From a virus: a stretch of 64,000 bases of DNA. Below are positions 37,478 through 45,803 of this stretch, piece after piece. The stretch is from IMG/VR virus record IMGVR_UViG_3300020048_000085; one strand, written 5' to 3'. Both the position numbers and the translations under genes were made by a program. Every line of letters starts with the position of its first letter. The stretch's first letter is position 1. The notes beneath the pieces were generated by a model. The model ran no database searches and had not been told where the DNA came from. It worked only from the letters and a program-made list of their open reading frames with translations.

Positions 37478-38638
37478 ATGAACAAAGAATTAATTGAAGG
37501 AGTAAATATTGGAAATTTACCTGATCCATTTCCATACTTAAACAACAATAAAATTAGAAAAATCAAAAGTTCTGGTGATCTTAATGAAGAATACAGGGCA
37601 ATGTACGAAAAAATGGAATTATCTTTATCGACAACTAAAGAAGTTAGAGTAAATGAGGTAGTTACAGGTACAATAAAATCAATAAACCAAAAAGAAATTT
37701 TAATTGATTTTGGATTTAAAGATTTTATATATGTTGAAAAACCAAAATTAAATACAGTAATTACAGAATTAGTAACAGGTGAGATTATTGATGTATTAAT
37801 CACTAGTGTATCAGAAAAACCATATTTAATAAAGGGTTCTATAACTGAACTTATCAAGCAGAATGTTCATAATAAAATGAAATCTTATTATGACGGTAAT
37901 TTAACACTTATTGCAGAAGTTAAATCAATTATTCCAGCAGGATATAATATGAATATTATTATGGATAATGTTAAGATAGAAGCATTTATGCCAAATACAC
38001 TAGCAGATGTAAACAAATTAACAGACTCTGAATCTATCTTAGGTTCAACATTTGAAGTTATGTTAGAAACATTACAACAAGAAAAAGGAGTATATGTTGT
38101 ATCAAGAAGAAAGTATTTACAATCATTAATACCAGAAGAAATAACTAAATTAAAACATGATATTGTTTATCAAGGTTATATTACAGGCACAACACCATTT
38201 GGAATATTTGTTCAATTTAAAGCAACAGAAGATGGTCCTAATTGCTTAACTGGTATGGTTCATAAAGCTAATATTGCAGAAAATTGGCAAAGTAAATGGG
38301 ATAGTATACTTCCTGGTATGACAATCGAATTTTATGTTAAAGAAGTAATAAAAGGAAATAAAATAATCTTAACACAAATATTAAAAGAATCCTTATGGGA
38401 TAGTATTAAAGTTGGCAAAATATTAACTGGTAAAATAAGAGTAATTAAAAATTTTGGTGCACTTATAGCATTAGATGATGAAACTACTGGTTTAATTCAA
38501 ACGTCATATATTAATAGATATGATAAAAAATTAAATGTTGGTGATGAAGTTAAAGTTAAAGTAATATCTTTAATAAAAGATGATAGAAAAATTTATCTAA
38601 ATTTCGCTGATGCAAAATACAAAAGAGATGATGTATAA
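37478..38638 (+). CDS. Ribosomal protein S1-like protein with four S1 (OB-fold) domains
   Basis: Repeated S1 signatures, for example YQGYITGTTPFGIFVQFKATEDGPNCLTGMVHKANI and LTGKIRVIKNFGALIALDDETTGLIQTSYI...VGDEVKVKVISLIKDDRKIYL. Confidence 0.6.
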   Translation: MNKELIEGVNIGNLPDPFPYLNNNKIRKIKSSGDLNEEYRAMYEKMELSLSTTKEVRVNEVVTGTIKSINQKEILIDFGFKDFIYVEKPKLNTVITELVTGEIIDVLITSVSEKPYLIKGSITELIKQNVHNKMKSYYDGNLTLIAEVKSIIPAGYNMNIIMDNVKIEAFMPNTLADVNKLTDSESILGSTFEVMLETLQQEKGVYVVSRRKYLQSLIPEEITKLKHDIVYQGYITGTTPFGIFVQFKATEDGPNCLTGMVHKANIAENWQSKWDSILPGMTIEFYVKEVIKGNKIILTQILKESLWDSIKVGKILTGKIRVIKNFGALIALDDETTGLIQTSYINRYDKKLNVGDEVKVKVISLIKDDRKIYLNFADAKYKRDDV

Positions 38639-38640
38639 AA

Positions 38641-38672
38641 AAAGAGAGAATCAAATGATTCTCTCTTTTTTG
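38641..38672 (+). terminator. Intrinsic terminator after the S1-like gene
   Basis: Stem gagagaatc / gattctctc (38644-38665) with loop aaat and a T-run of 6. Confidence 0.65.
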
Positions 38673-38721
38673 TTTATATTGTTTCTGTATATTATATCAA
38701 TAATATAATCTTTTTTATTTT

Positions 38722-38757
38722 TAATAAAAAAAACACCACAAATTGTGGTGTTTTTTA
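38722..38757. terminator. Bidirectional intrinsic terminator (serves nusG on the minus strand)
   Basis: Stem acaccaca / tgtggtgt with a 3-nt loop, an A7 run upstream and a T5 run downstream. Confidence 0.6.
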
Positions 38758-38764
38758 ATGATAA

Positions 38765-39283
38765 CTAATCTAAATCTTTAATAAATTGTGTTCCAATTAA
38801 ATCTAATATAACTTCTCTGTCGAATACATTAACTGCAACTTTATATTTTTGTTTTTGTTTATTAATATCAATATTCTTTATAACACCTTTGAATGTATTA
38901 AATGGACCATCAATTATTCTTACTTTTTCTTTAATATAAAAAACATCTATATCACTAACAACATCATTAGATGGTGTTTTATCTAATAATCTATTAACTT
39001 CAGATTCTCTTAATGGTTTAGTCAATAATGATTGAACACCATCTATATATTTAACAAATCCAGCAACCTCATTTACCAAATCACATTCAACAAAAATATA
39101 ACCTGGAATAATAATTTTTTCTACATTTATTTTTTTACCATTTCTTAATTGTTGAGCTTTATTTGAAGGTACTAATATATTTATTATTAAATTATTTAGT
39201 TCTTTTCTTTTTAATTCAGCTTCAATTAATTCTTTTACTTTTTTTTCTTTACCATTTGCAACTTTTATAACATACCATTTCAT
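38765..39283 (-). CDS. nusG: NusG-like transcription antitermination/elongation factor (NGN + KOW domains); the start is at the internal Met (MKWYVIKV), not the 39337 start of the longest ORF
   Basis: NGN domain WYVIKVANGKEKKVKELIE... and KOW motif VRIIDGPFNTFKGVIKNIDI...KVAVNVFDREV. The 18-codon upstream extension is rejected because it runs into a 16-bp perfect terminator hairpin. Confidence 0.7.
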   Translation of the reverse strand: MKWYVIKVANGKEKKVKELIEAELKRKELNNLIINILVPSNKAQQLRNGKKINVEKIIIPGYIFVECDLVNEVAGFVKYIDGVQSLLTKPLRESEVNRLLDKTPSNDVVSDIDVFYIKEKVRIIDGPFNTFKGVIKNIDINKQKQKYKVAVNVFDREVILDLIGTQFIKDLD

Positions 39284-39327
39284 GTTTTTTATTTTATTTT
39301 TATAATTATTATATAAACATTTAAAAT

Positions 39328-39362
39328 AAAAGTTCAAAAAATATTATATTTTTTGAACTTTT
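39328..39362 (-). terminator. Strong intrinsic terminator (16-bp perfect stem) between two minus-strand genes
   Basis: aaaagttcaaaaaata - tta - tattttttgaactttt. On the minus strand it is followed by a U-rich tract. It lies between 39367..39837 and nusG. Confidence 0.65.
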
Positions 39363-39366
39363 ATTT

Positions 39367-39837
39367 TTAATATCTTCTTATAATAGTTTTATATTTTGGT
39401 GGTTCTACTGAAGGTATATAATTAGGCTCACCATTAGCTTTATCATTATACTCATCTCTGAATATATTATTTTTTTCTATGTTTTGATTTCTAGGTATTG
39501 ATATAGAATCATCATTTTTTTTTCTATCTCTTTTTTCATCTTTTTTTAATCTTTGATTAATAAATTCTCTAATATAATTATGGGCAGATTTTAAATCATT
39601 CTTCTTTTTATTTCTTAACCTGATGTTTTCACCTTCTGATGTTTTTTTAAAAATCTTACAAATAAAAAAACTACCAGATTTTTCTATTTTAGCAAAATAA
39701 TAGGGAGTACTATTTCCAGATTTATATTTTATCTCACCAGCATATACTTTAGGATTATATTTGGCTTTACCACTAGTAAATAAATTATCATCTATGATAT
39801 TATTTTTCCAAGTTTCGAATGTTTTAATATTTTTCAT
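39367..39837 (-). CDS. Basic protein starting MKNIKTFETW (dispersed FKxFE-family N-terminus), function unknown
   Basis: It has the N-terminal family motif. The C-terminal half is Lys/Arg-rich. Confidence 0.45.
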   Translation of the reverse strand: MKNIKTFETWKNNIIDDNLFTSGKAKYNPKVYAGEIKYKSGNSTPYYFAKIEKSGSFFICKIFKKTSEGENIRLRNKKKNDLKSAHNYIREFINQRLKKDEKRDRKKNDDSISIPRNQNIEKNNIFRDEYNDKANGEPNYIPSVEPPKYKTIIRRY

Positions 39838-39895
39838 ATCATCTATATATAAAACTTTTCATTTTATTTTTTCTATATAAAAATAAATTCAACAA

Positions 39896-40018
39896 ATGGG
39901 TAAGTCAAGAAAAGTAAAAGTTAGTAAAATTAAGAAAAATAGTAAGAATTATACTAAGAATCAGAAGAGAATGCAAGATAATATGAAAATAATTAATGAA
40001 TTAAAAAACAATAAATAA
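39896..40018 (+). CDS. Tiny, highly basic ORF (40 aa, MGKSRKVKVSKIKKNSKNYTKNQKR...)
   Basis: In-frame ATG to TAA with a TATATAAAAATAAA element 22 nt upstream. It is under 60 aa and so absent from the ORF track. The call is speculative. Confidence 0.25.
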   Translation: MGKSRKVKVSKIKKNSKNYTKNQKRMQDNMKIINELKNNK

Positions 40019-40024
40019 ATTAGA

Positions 40025-40300
40025 ATGAAAAATTCTTTCCTAAAAATGAGAATAGATGATGATGAATATCAAAAATTTCAAGAATCATGTGAAAATAAAG
40101 GCAAAACTATGAGCGAAGTTATGAGAGCCTTTATTAACTCATATAATAACGGTAAAAATATAATTCTATTAGATATTGATAATGACACATTTGATCAAAG
40201 TCTAAACTTATGTAAAGAGAAAAAAATTAAACTTAATGATGTTGTGAAATATTTATTGCACAAAGCAATTAAAAATAAAGACAAATTAAATTTTAAATAA
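40025..40300 (+). CDS. Small RHH/CopG-like DNA-binding protein candidate
   Basis: LKMRIDDDEYQKFQESCENKGKTMSEVMRAFINSY is a strand-helix-helix pattern, with a second similar segment downstream. Confidence 0.35.
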   Translation: MKNSFLKMRIDDDEYQKFQESCENKGKTMSEVMRAFINSYNNGKNIILLDIDNDTFDQSLNLCKEKKIKLNDVVKYLLHKAIKNKDKLNFK

Positions 40301-40350
40301 AAACAAATAGTGTCTCTATTTAATTAATAATAGTTATAATAAAAAATAAG

Positions 40351-40385
40351 TCTTGAATAATTTTGTTTGTTCAAGATTTTTTTTT
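40351..40385 (+). terminator. Intrinsic terminator hairpin plus T9, forming part of a repeated terminator-promoter cassette
   Basis: tcttgaataa - ttttgt - ttgttcaaga (one G-U pair) followed by TTTTTTTTT. It is nearly identical to the cassette at 59838. Confidence 0.6.
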
Positions 40386-40392
40386 ATCTTTG
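40385..40392 (+). promoter_or_regulatory. TATCTTTG -7-like promoter element with TTTG 19 nt upstream
   Basis: A copy of the recurring 9-mer TATCTTTGT, about 33 nt upstream of the ATG at 40426. Confidence 0.4.
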
Positions 40393-40425
40393 TATTTCAA
40401 TTTAAAATTAAAAAAATGGAACACA

Positions 40426-41630
40426 AATTTGAAGATTACAATAAAAAAGAACAAAGAGATATAATTTTTGAAATTATCAGACAAAAATATATAAATGATC
40501 CAGATATGAATGGATTTGGTAAAAACACAAAATATATGATTAAAGTCTTAAAAGATTTTGAATCTGATAATATATCACAAGAATCAGCAAAACAAAAAAT
40601 AGTAGATTTTTATGATTATTTTAATACAGAAATAGCATCAGAAGTATTATTTTATTTCTATCATATTGCAGAAGGAGTAGCAGAAGATTCAACTGGAATA
40701 AAATCTGAAAAGTATAGAAAAGTATGTGAAATAATAAGTAATATTATCAATATTGATGATTTGAAAAAAAGAGTACAACCACCAGAAGACAAACTCACAA
40801 ATACAGACAAATCAAATGGTGGATTTGTAGTACAAACTTACAGTAGATATCCAGATCCAAAATCATATGTAGCTCCAACTAAACCTCCAAAAGTACACAA
40901 TTTTCCTAATCCATATATCAATAAAGATTTCAAATCAATTTGTGATTATGTAAGATATAAATTTTTCGAATTAATGGAAGAATCACACATTGAAAATTTT
41001 CAAAATTTAGATGCTGAAATAAGTGTTTCATATTTAGTACCAGATTCAGATGAATTTATTAATTTTCCTCAAGTTGAATATGATGGAGAAGAAGAAGACT
41101 TAGATTTTGAAAATACAGGAGATTTTATTATAAATGATGAAAATAGTATTACCTTTGGTGGTGGTGGAGATTGGCAAGAACCAAAAACATTTAGTTTTAA
41201 ACTTGAAAAGAATGGAAAGGTAAAAGCATTTGATATAGTTGATGATTACGATGATAGTAATTGGACAAGTAATCCTGAAATGATATTGAAAGTAATTTGT
41301 AAATTATTTGGACTTAATATTAAAAATTATAATCCAGACAGTGTAAATCCTGATGATGTAAAACTATTATATGATGATATGGTTGCAAATAAAGATTATA
41401 AGTTGACTGTACCATCAAATATTACAACTGATGATTGTGTTAAAGCAATATGTAAATACTTTAGAAAAAATGATAAATATCTTGATGATATGACAGAACC
41501 AAAAAATTGGAAAAGATTATCAAAAAAAGGTACACACATATGTATTAGAATATTCGAAAATAAAGTAACAAAAAGTCAAGTCAAAGTTACTTCAACTAAC
41601 ACAAAAATTATAAAGGTAGAACAAATTTAA
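40426..41630 (+). CDS. Hypothetical protein (about 400 aa); the start is at MEHKFEDY rather than the upstream extension at 40353
   Basis: The longest ORF (from 40353) runs through the terminator hairpin and promoter motif. The first ATG after the promoter is at 40426. Confidence 0.5.
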
Positions 41631-41672
41631 TTTTATTAACATAATATAATTTGGATATTCAAATAATTAAAT

Positions 41673-41680
41673 TATCTTTG
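41673..41680 (+). promoter_or_regulatory. TATCTTTG -7-like promoter element upstream of nfeD-flotillin
   Basis: TATCTTTGT lies 35 nt upstream of the ATG at 41715. Confidence 0.35.
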
Positions 41681-41714
41681 TTAAGTATTTAATAATAATT
41701 TAAAAATAAAAAGT

Positions 41715-42281
41715 ATGATAGAATTTTTTAACTCTCTAGATATGTTTAGTAAAACATTATTTTTTATGGCTTTTGGAACAGGTGTATTATTTATTATCCA
41801 AAATTTAATTGTGTTTTTAGGAATGGATCATGATAGTGATATTGATACTGATTCAGATATTGATTCAGAACACAACTCTGGTAAATCATTTGGTTGGTTT
41901 TCATTTAAAAACGTTGTTAATTTTATTCTAATTTTTTCATTAGTAGGATTAATAACAGTAGGTTCTGGAATATCAAAACCAGTATCATTATTAATAGCAT
42001 CAATAGCAGGTATTATATTTGTTTATGTGATGATATTATTATTCAATCTAATGAAAAAACTCTCTCAAGATAATACACCAACATTAACTGATTTAGTTGG
42101 AGAAACTGGTGTAGTATATTTAAAAATACCTGCAGTAGGAAATGGAAAAATAAAAATAATGCATGGCGGAGCAATTCAAATATTAGATGCGTGTTCAGAA
42201 GGTATAGTAATCACAAGAGATTCAAATGTTAAGGTGTCTAAAATTGTAGGACATACTATAATAGTAGAAGAAATAAAATAA
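41715..42281 (+). CDS. NfeD-like membrane protein (short form, YuaF/YqiJ-like) partnered with flotillin
   Basis: N-terminal transmembrane helices plus a C-terminal beta-rich OB-like segment (GVVYLKIPAVGNGKIKIMHGGAIQILDA). It sits immediately upstream of an SPFH protein, as in bacterial nfeD-floT operons. Confidence 0.55.
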   Translation: MIEFFNSLDMFSKTLFFMAFGTGVLFIIQNLIVFLGMDHDSDIDTDSDIDSEHNSGKSFGWFSFKNVVNFILIFSLVGLITVGSGISKPVSLLIASIAGIIFVYVMILLFNLMKKLSQDNTPTLTDLVGETGVVYLKIPAVGNGKIKIMHGGAIQILDACSEGIVITRDSNVKVSKIVGHTIIVEEIK

Positions 42282-42328
42282 TCAATAAAAATAATTTATA
42301 AATAAAAACAATTTAATTTAAAAAAAAC

Positions 42329-43831
42329 ATGAGTAGTACATTAACGTTAATTTTAATCGTAGTAGTTGCGATTTCAGTATTTTCAATTATTGTTGCCTTA
42401 GTAAAAAGGTACAAACGTTGCCCATCAGATAAACTTTTAGTTATTTATGGTAAAACAGGCAAAACTGATGGTAAAGCATCAGCAGCAAAAGTAATTCATG
42501 GTGGTGGTGCATTTGTTTGGCCAGTCATTCAGGATTATACTTTCTTAGATTTGAAACCAATTTCAATTGATATTAATTTGAAAGGTGCATTATCTAAACA
42601 AAACATACGTATTGATGTTCCATCAGTATTTACAGTTGCAATATCAGGTGGAGATGGAATACGTGAGAATGCTGCTGAGAAATTACTTGGACTTCAAAAA
42701 CAAGAAATAGCACAATTAGCACAAGATATTATTCTTGGTCAAATGCGTTTAGTTATCGCAATGATGAACATTGAAGAAATAAATGCTGACCGTGACAAAT
42801 TTCTTGAAAATATTCAAAAAAATCTTGAAGATGAGCTTCAAAAAATTGGTCTAAGACTTATTAATGTAAATATCACAGATATTAGTGATGAATCAAACTA
42901 CATTAAATCATTAGGACAGAATGCAGCATCAGGAGCTATTAATGAAGCTGCAATTCAAGTTGCACAGAAGAATAAAGATGGTGCTATTGGTGTTGCAACA
43001 GCAGATAGAGAAAAACGTGTGAGTGTTGCTGCTGCGCAAGCAGAAGCACAAATTGGTGAAGCTGATGCAAGTCAAAAAATGAGAGCAGAAACTGCTGCAT
43101 TAAATGCAAAGGCTATTGCTGGTGAAAATAGTGCATTTGTTGAAATAGCAAAAACTAATGCTAGTAGACAAATTGCAGAAGCTGATGCAAAGAAAGACTC
43201 AGTTACTGCTGAAAATGTAAAAGCAGCAGAAGCAAAACAAGCATCATATGATGCTGAAAAATTAGCAGAAACAAAACGTGCTGAAAGAGATAAAGCAACT
43301 CAATATGCAAATATTGTTGTACCTGCTGAAATAGCAAAAGAAAAACTTATTGTTGAAGCTGCTGCAAATGCAGAATCAACTAGAGTAATTGCAAAAGGTG
43401 ATGCTGATGCAATGTTTGCTAAAATGGAAGCAGAAGCAAGAGGTATAAATGAAATACTAACAAAGCAAGCTGAAGGTTTTGCAAAGTTAGTTCAAGCTGC
43501 TGGTGGAGATGCTGCAAAAGCTGTTCAATTGATGATTGCTGATAAATTACCAGAACTTACAAGAATTCAAGTTGATGCTATCAAAAATATCAAATTTGAT
43601 AAGATTACAGTTTGGGATAATGGTGGAAATGGCTCAGGAAATTCTACTGCAAATTTTGCAAAAAATTTATTTTCAATGATTCCACCACTTACTGACATTT
43701 TCAAACAAGTTGGTGCTGAATTACCAGCATTTATGCAAGGTGCAGGAGAACAAAAAACAAATGAACTTGAAGCAGAAAACTCTGTCACTAAAGTAATAAA
43801 AGACGAAACAACTGATAATAGTAAATCATAA
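42329..43831 (+). CDS. Flotillin-like SPFH/band-7 protein (FloT/YqiK type) with Ala/Glu-rich coiled-coil repeats
   Basis: N-terminal TM anchor and an SPFH core (VIHGGGAFVWPVIQDYTFLDLKP...). There is a long EA-repeat region (AAQAEAQIGEADASQKMRAETAALNAKA...). GC is visibly higher than in the surrounding sequence. Confidence 0.75.
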   Translation: MSSTLTLILIVVVAISVFSIIVALVKRYKRCPSDKLLVIYGKTGKTDGKASAAKVIHGGGAFVWPVIQDYTFLDLKPISIDINLKGALSKQNIRIDVPSVFTVAISGGDGIRENAAEKLLGLQKQEIAQLAQDIILGQMRLVIAMMNIEEINADRDKFLENIQKNLEDELQKIGLRLINVNITDISDESNYIKSLGQNAASGAINEAAIQVAQKNKDGAIGVATADREKRVSVAAAQAEAQIGEADASQKMRAETAALNAKAIAGENSAFVEIAKTNASRQIAEADAKKDSVTAENVKAAEAKQASYDAEKLAETKRAERDKATQYANIVVPAEIAKEKLIVEAAANAESTRVIAKGDADAMFAKMEAEARGINEILTKQAEGFAKLVQAAGGDAAKAVQLMIADKLPELTRIQVDAIKNIKFDKITVWDNGGNGSGNSTANFAKNLFSMIPPLTDIFKQVGAELPAFMQGAGEQKTNELEAENSVTKVIKDETTDNSKS

Positions 43832-43839
43832 AATTAAAT

Positions 43840-43870
43840 AAAAAGTCCTGTTTTTTGCAGGACTTTTTAT
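43840..43870. terminator. Bidirectional intrinsic terminator after the flotillin gene
   Basis: Stem aaagtcctg / caggacttt with a T-rich loop and a T-run. Confidence 0.6.
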
Positions 43871-44079
43871 GTTGTTATAATAAAATTTGCCAATTCTTTA
43901 CAATCAGATTCAATATAATCAATATAATTTACTTTTATTTGATCACCAACTGGGAAATTCATTAAATTATCAAATAGTATAACATAAGAACTATCTTCTT
44001 CTATATTATTGTTTAATAACATAATATATAAACCTTTATTTGATGTACTATTTATGTGCTTATAAATTGTTCCTTGCAT
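43867..44079 (-). CDS. Hypothetical small protein (70 aa)
   Basis: ORF only. Confidence 0.35.
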   Translation of the reverse strand: MQGTIYKHINSTSNKGLYIMLLNNNIEEDSSYVILFDNLMNFPVGDQIKVNYIDYIESDCKELANFIITT

Positions 44080-44102
44080 AATTAATTTTTTAACTATATA
44101 TT

Positions 44103-44135
44103 AAAAAAAAATCCTGCTTTCGCAGGATTTTTTTA
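44103..44135. terminator. Intrinsic terminator (A-run, stem atcctgc / gcaggat, T-run)
   Basis: Perfect 7-bp GC-containing stem with tetraloop tttc, flanked by an A8 run and a T7 run. Confidence 0.6.
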
Positions 44136-44339
44136 TACCCATTCCTCTTCTTCGAGATATTCTGGATTATATATTAAACCAAGTTCATTAATTTTTTTAT
44201 AAATATCATTTTTGTTTCTTGTTTCGAAAAGTTCATTCATAGTCTCTAATTCACATTCAATGTTTTTTAGTAATAAAACATCTTTTGTTTCTGCATCCCA
44301 AATCAATTTCCATACACTACCATTTTCAAGTTTTTTCAT
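44133..44339 (-). CDS. Hypothetical small acidic protein (68 aa)
   Basis: ORF only. Confidence 0.35.
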   Translation of the reverse strand: MKKLENGSVWKLIWDAETKDVLLLKNIECELETMNELFETRNKNDIYKKINELGLIYNPEYLEEEEWV

Positions 44340-44483
44340 AAAAAATTATTTTTTTTTTGTAAATGTTGTTGAAAAATTCAACTTTTTTGTTTTTATTTTA
44401 TACTACATTTTATAGTATTTCAACTCAAGTATATATTAATATTAATAAATTCAAAAAAAGTCAATCATACTAATATATTGATA

Positions 44484-44507
44484 ATCAAGTATATATAATC
44501 ACTTGAT
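44484..44507 (+). promoter_or_regulatory. Inverted repeat ATCAAGT-N10-ACTTGAT enclosing a TATATATA box upstream of tk; candidate operator/promoter
   Basis: Perfect 7-bp arms with a 10-nt spacer. A direct repeat of TCAAGTATATAT also occurs at 44424-44436. Confidence 0.35.
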
Positions 44508-44535
44508 ATTCAACAATAAAAAAAATAATTAAAAA

Positions 44536-45141
44536 ATGGCTAAACTTTTTTATAGATATTCAACTATGAATGCTGGTAAAAGTATTGATTTAATTAGAAT
44601 AAATCATAATTATATAGAAAACGGTAAAAGAACAATGTGCTTTACTTCTAGTAAAGATGATAGATATGGAGTAGGTAAAATAACATCAAGAATAGGTGTT
44701 TCAGTTGATGCAATACCTGTCAATATTGATACAAATATATTTGATATAGTTAATAATTATTTTAGCGTAGATGGTGAAGATGAAATTGCTTGTGTATTTG
44801 TAGATGAAGTTCAGTTCTTAACTAAGAAACATATATTTCAATTATTAGATATTGTTGATGAATTAGATATACCAGTGATGTGTTATGGACTTAGAACTAA
44901 TTATATGTTAGAAATTTTTGAGGGTTCAAAATATTTAATGTCATTATCAGATAATATTGAGGAGATCAAAACTATTTGCGCTCATTGTAAATCAAAAAAA
45001 GCAATCATAAACACAAAAATGAGTGATGGTATAATAATAACAGAGGGTGAGGAGATTCAAATTGGTGGTAATGATAGTTATCAGCCTCTATGTAGAAAAT
45101 GCTATAAGAAACTATTAAAACAACAAATTAATACATTATGA
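44536..45141 (+). CDS. tdk: Thymidine kinase (TK1 family)
   Basis: P-loop STMNAGKS near the N-terminus. The fold order is TK1-like. The C-terminal zinc ribbon is CAHCKSKKA...CRKCY. Confidence 0.85.
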   Translation: MAKLFYRYSTMNAGKSIDLIRINHNYIENGKRTMCFTSSKDDRYGVGKITSRIGVSVDAIPVNIDTNIFDIVNNYFSVDGEDEIACVFVDEVQFLTKKHIFQLLDIVDELDIPVMCYGLRTNYMLEIFEGSKYLMSLSDNIEEIKTICAHCKSKKAIINTKMSDGIIITEGEEIQIGGNDSYQPLCRKCYKKLLKQQINTL

Positions 45142-45368
45142 AAGAAGATTTAGAAAAAAAAGAAGATTTAGAAAAAATTCAAAAGTTAATAGATGAAGGT
45201 AATAAAAGACTTGCAATAGTATCAACAATTTGGGCTGCATCAACAACACCAATAGTTTTTTTATTTCCTGAAAAATATATTCCAGTATTTGTTATCTGTT
45301 GGATGATTTGGGCTATTATTGGAGTTTTTTTATCACCTAAAATTATAAATAAAATATGGCAAAAGTAG
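45138..45368 (+). CDS. Small membrane protein (2 predicted TM helices)
   Basis: IVSTIWAASTTPIVFLFP and VFVICWMIWAIIGVFL hydrophobic segments. It overlaps its neighbours by a few nt. Confidence 0.4.
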   Translation: MKEDLEKKEDLEKIQKLIDEGNKRLAIVSTIWAASTTPIVFLFPEKYIPVFVICWMIWAIIGVFLSPKIINKIWQK

Positions 45369-45769
45369 ATTTTATAACACTAGCAAATATCATCTTTAAA
45401 GATAAAGATAAATATAAATTTGTTTCTGATGAAGAAAAAGAAGATACATTTTTTATGCTTAATAGAAAATTTGCATATAAGTATATAAAGAAAGCTCAAT
45501 TCTTTAATAATAAAAACACAAATAAAGCATCATCTATTGATATTTGGTATAAAATATTCTATAATACAACAAATGGTACTCCTCAATGGTGGTGGCAAAC
45601 AAAACAACCTTCAAAAAATAAAGTTAAATCTGAATTTAATAATAATGATTTGAAATTTATAAAGGATTATTATGATATTAAAGATAGAGATATTGAGTTT
45701 TTGATAAAATATTATAATCAAGAACTAAAAGATGATATTAAAAGACTGAAAAAATTTAGTAAAGAATAA
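45356..45769 (+). CDS. Hypothetical protein (137 aa)
   Basis: ORF followed by a hairpin terminator. Confidence 0.4.
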   Translation: MAKVDFITLANIIFKDKDKYKFVSDEEKEDTFFMLNRKFAYKYIKKAQFFNNKNTNKASSIDIWYKIFYNTTNGTPQWWWQTKQPSKNKVKSEFNNNDLKFIKDYYDIKDRDIEFLIKYYNQELKDDIKRLKKFSKE

Positions 45770-45803
45770 AAAAGTGGATTACAATGTAATCCACTTTTTT
45801 TAT
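45769..45803. terminator. Bidirectional intrinsic terminator
   Basis: aagtggattaca / tgtaatccactt inverted repeat followed by T7. Confidence 0.6.

Noticed and set aside
39284-39337. N-terminal 18-codon extension of nusG (MNFYFKCLYNNYKNKIKN) given by the longest-ORF call
   Set aside because: The extension runs into a perfect 16-bp hairpin plus U-tract that terminates the upstream gene. The NGN domain begins at the internal MKWYVIKV.
40353-40425. Upstream extension of the 40426..41630 gene; likewise the 51829..51867 extension of the 51868 gene
   Set aside because: The extensions cover the terminator hairpin, T9 run and TATCTTTGT promoter element. The first ATG downstream of the promoter is the more plausible start.
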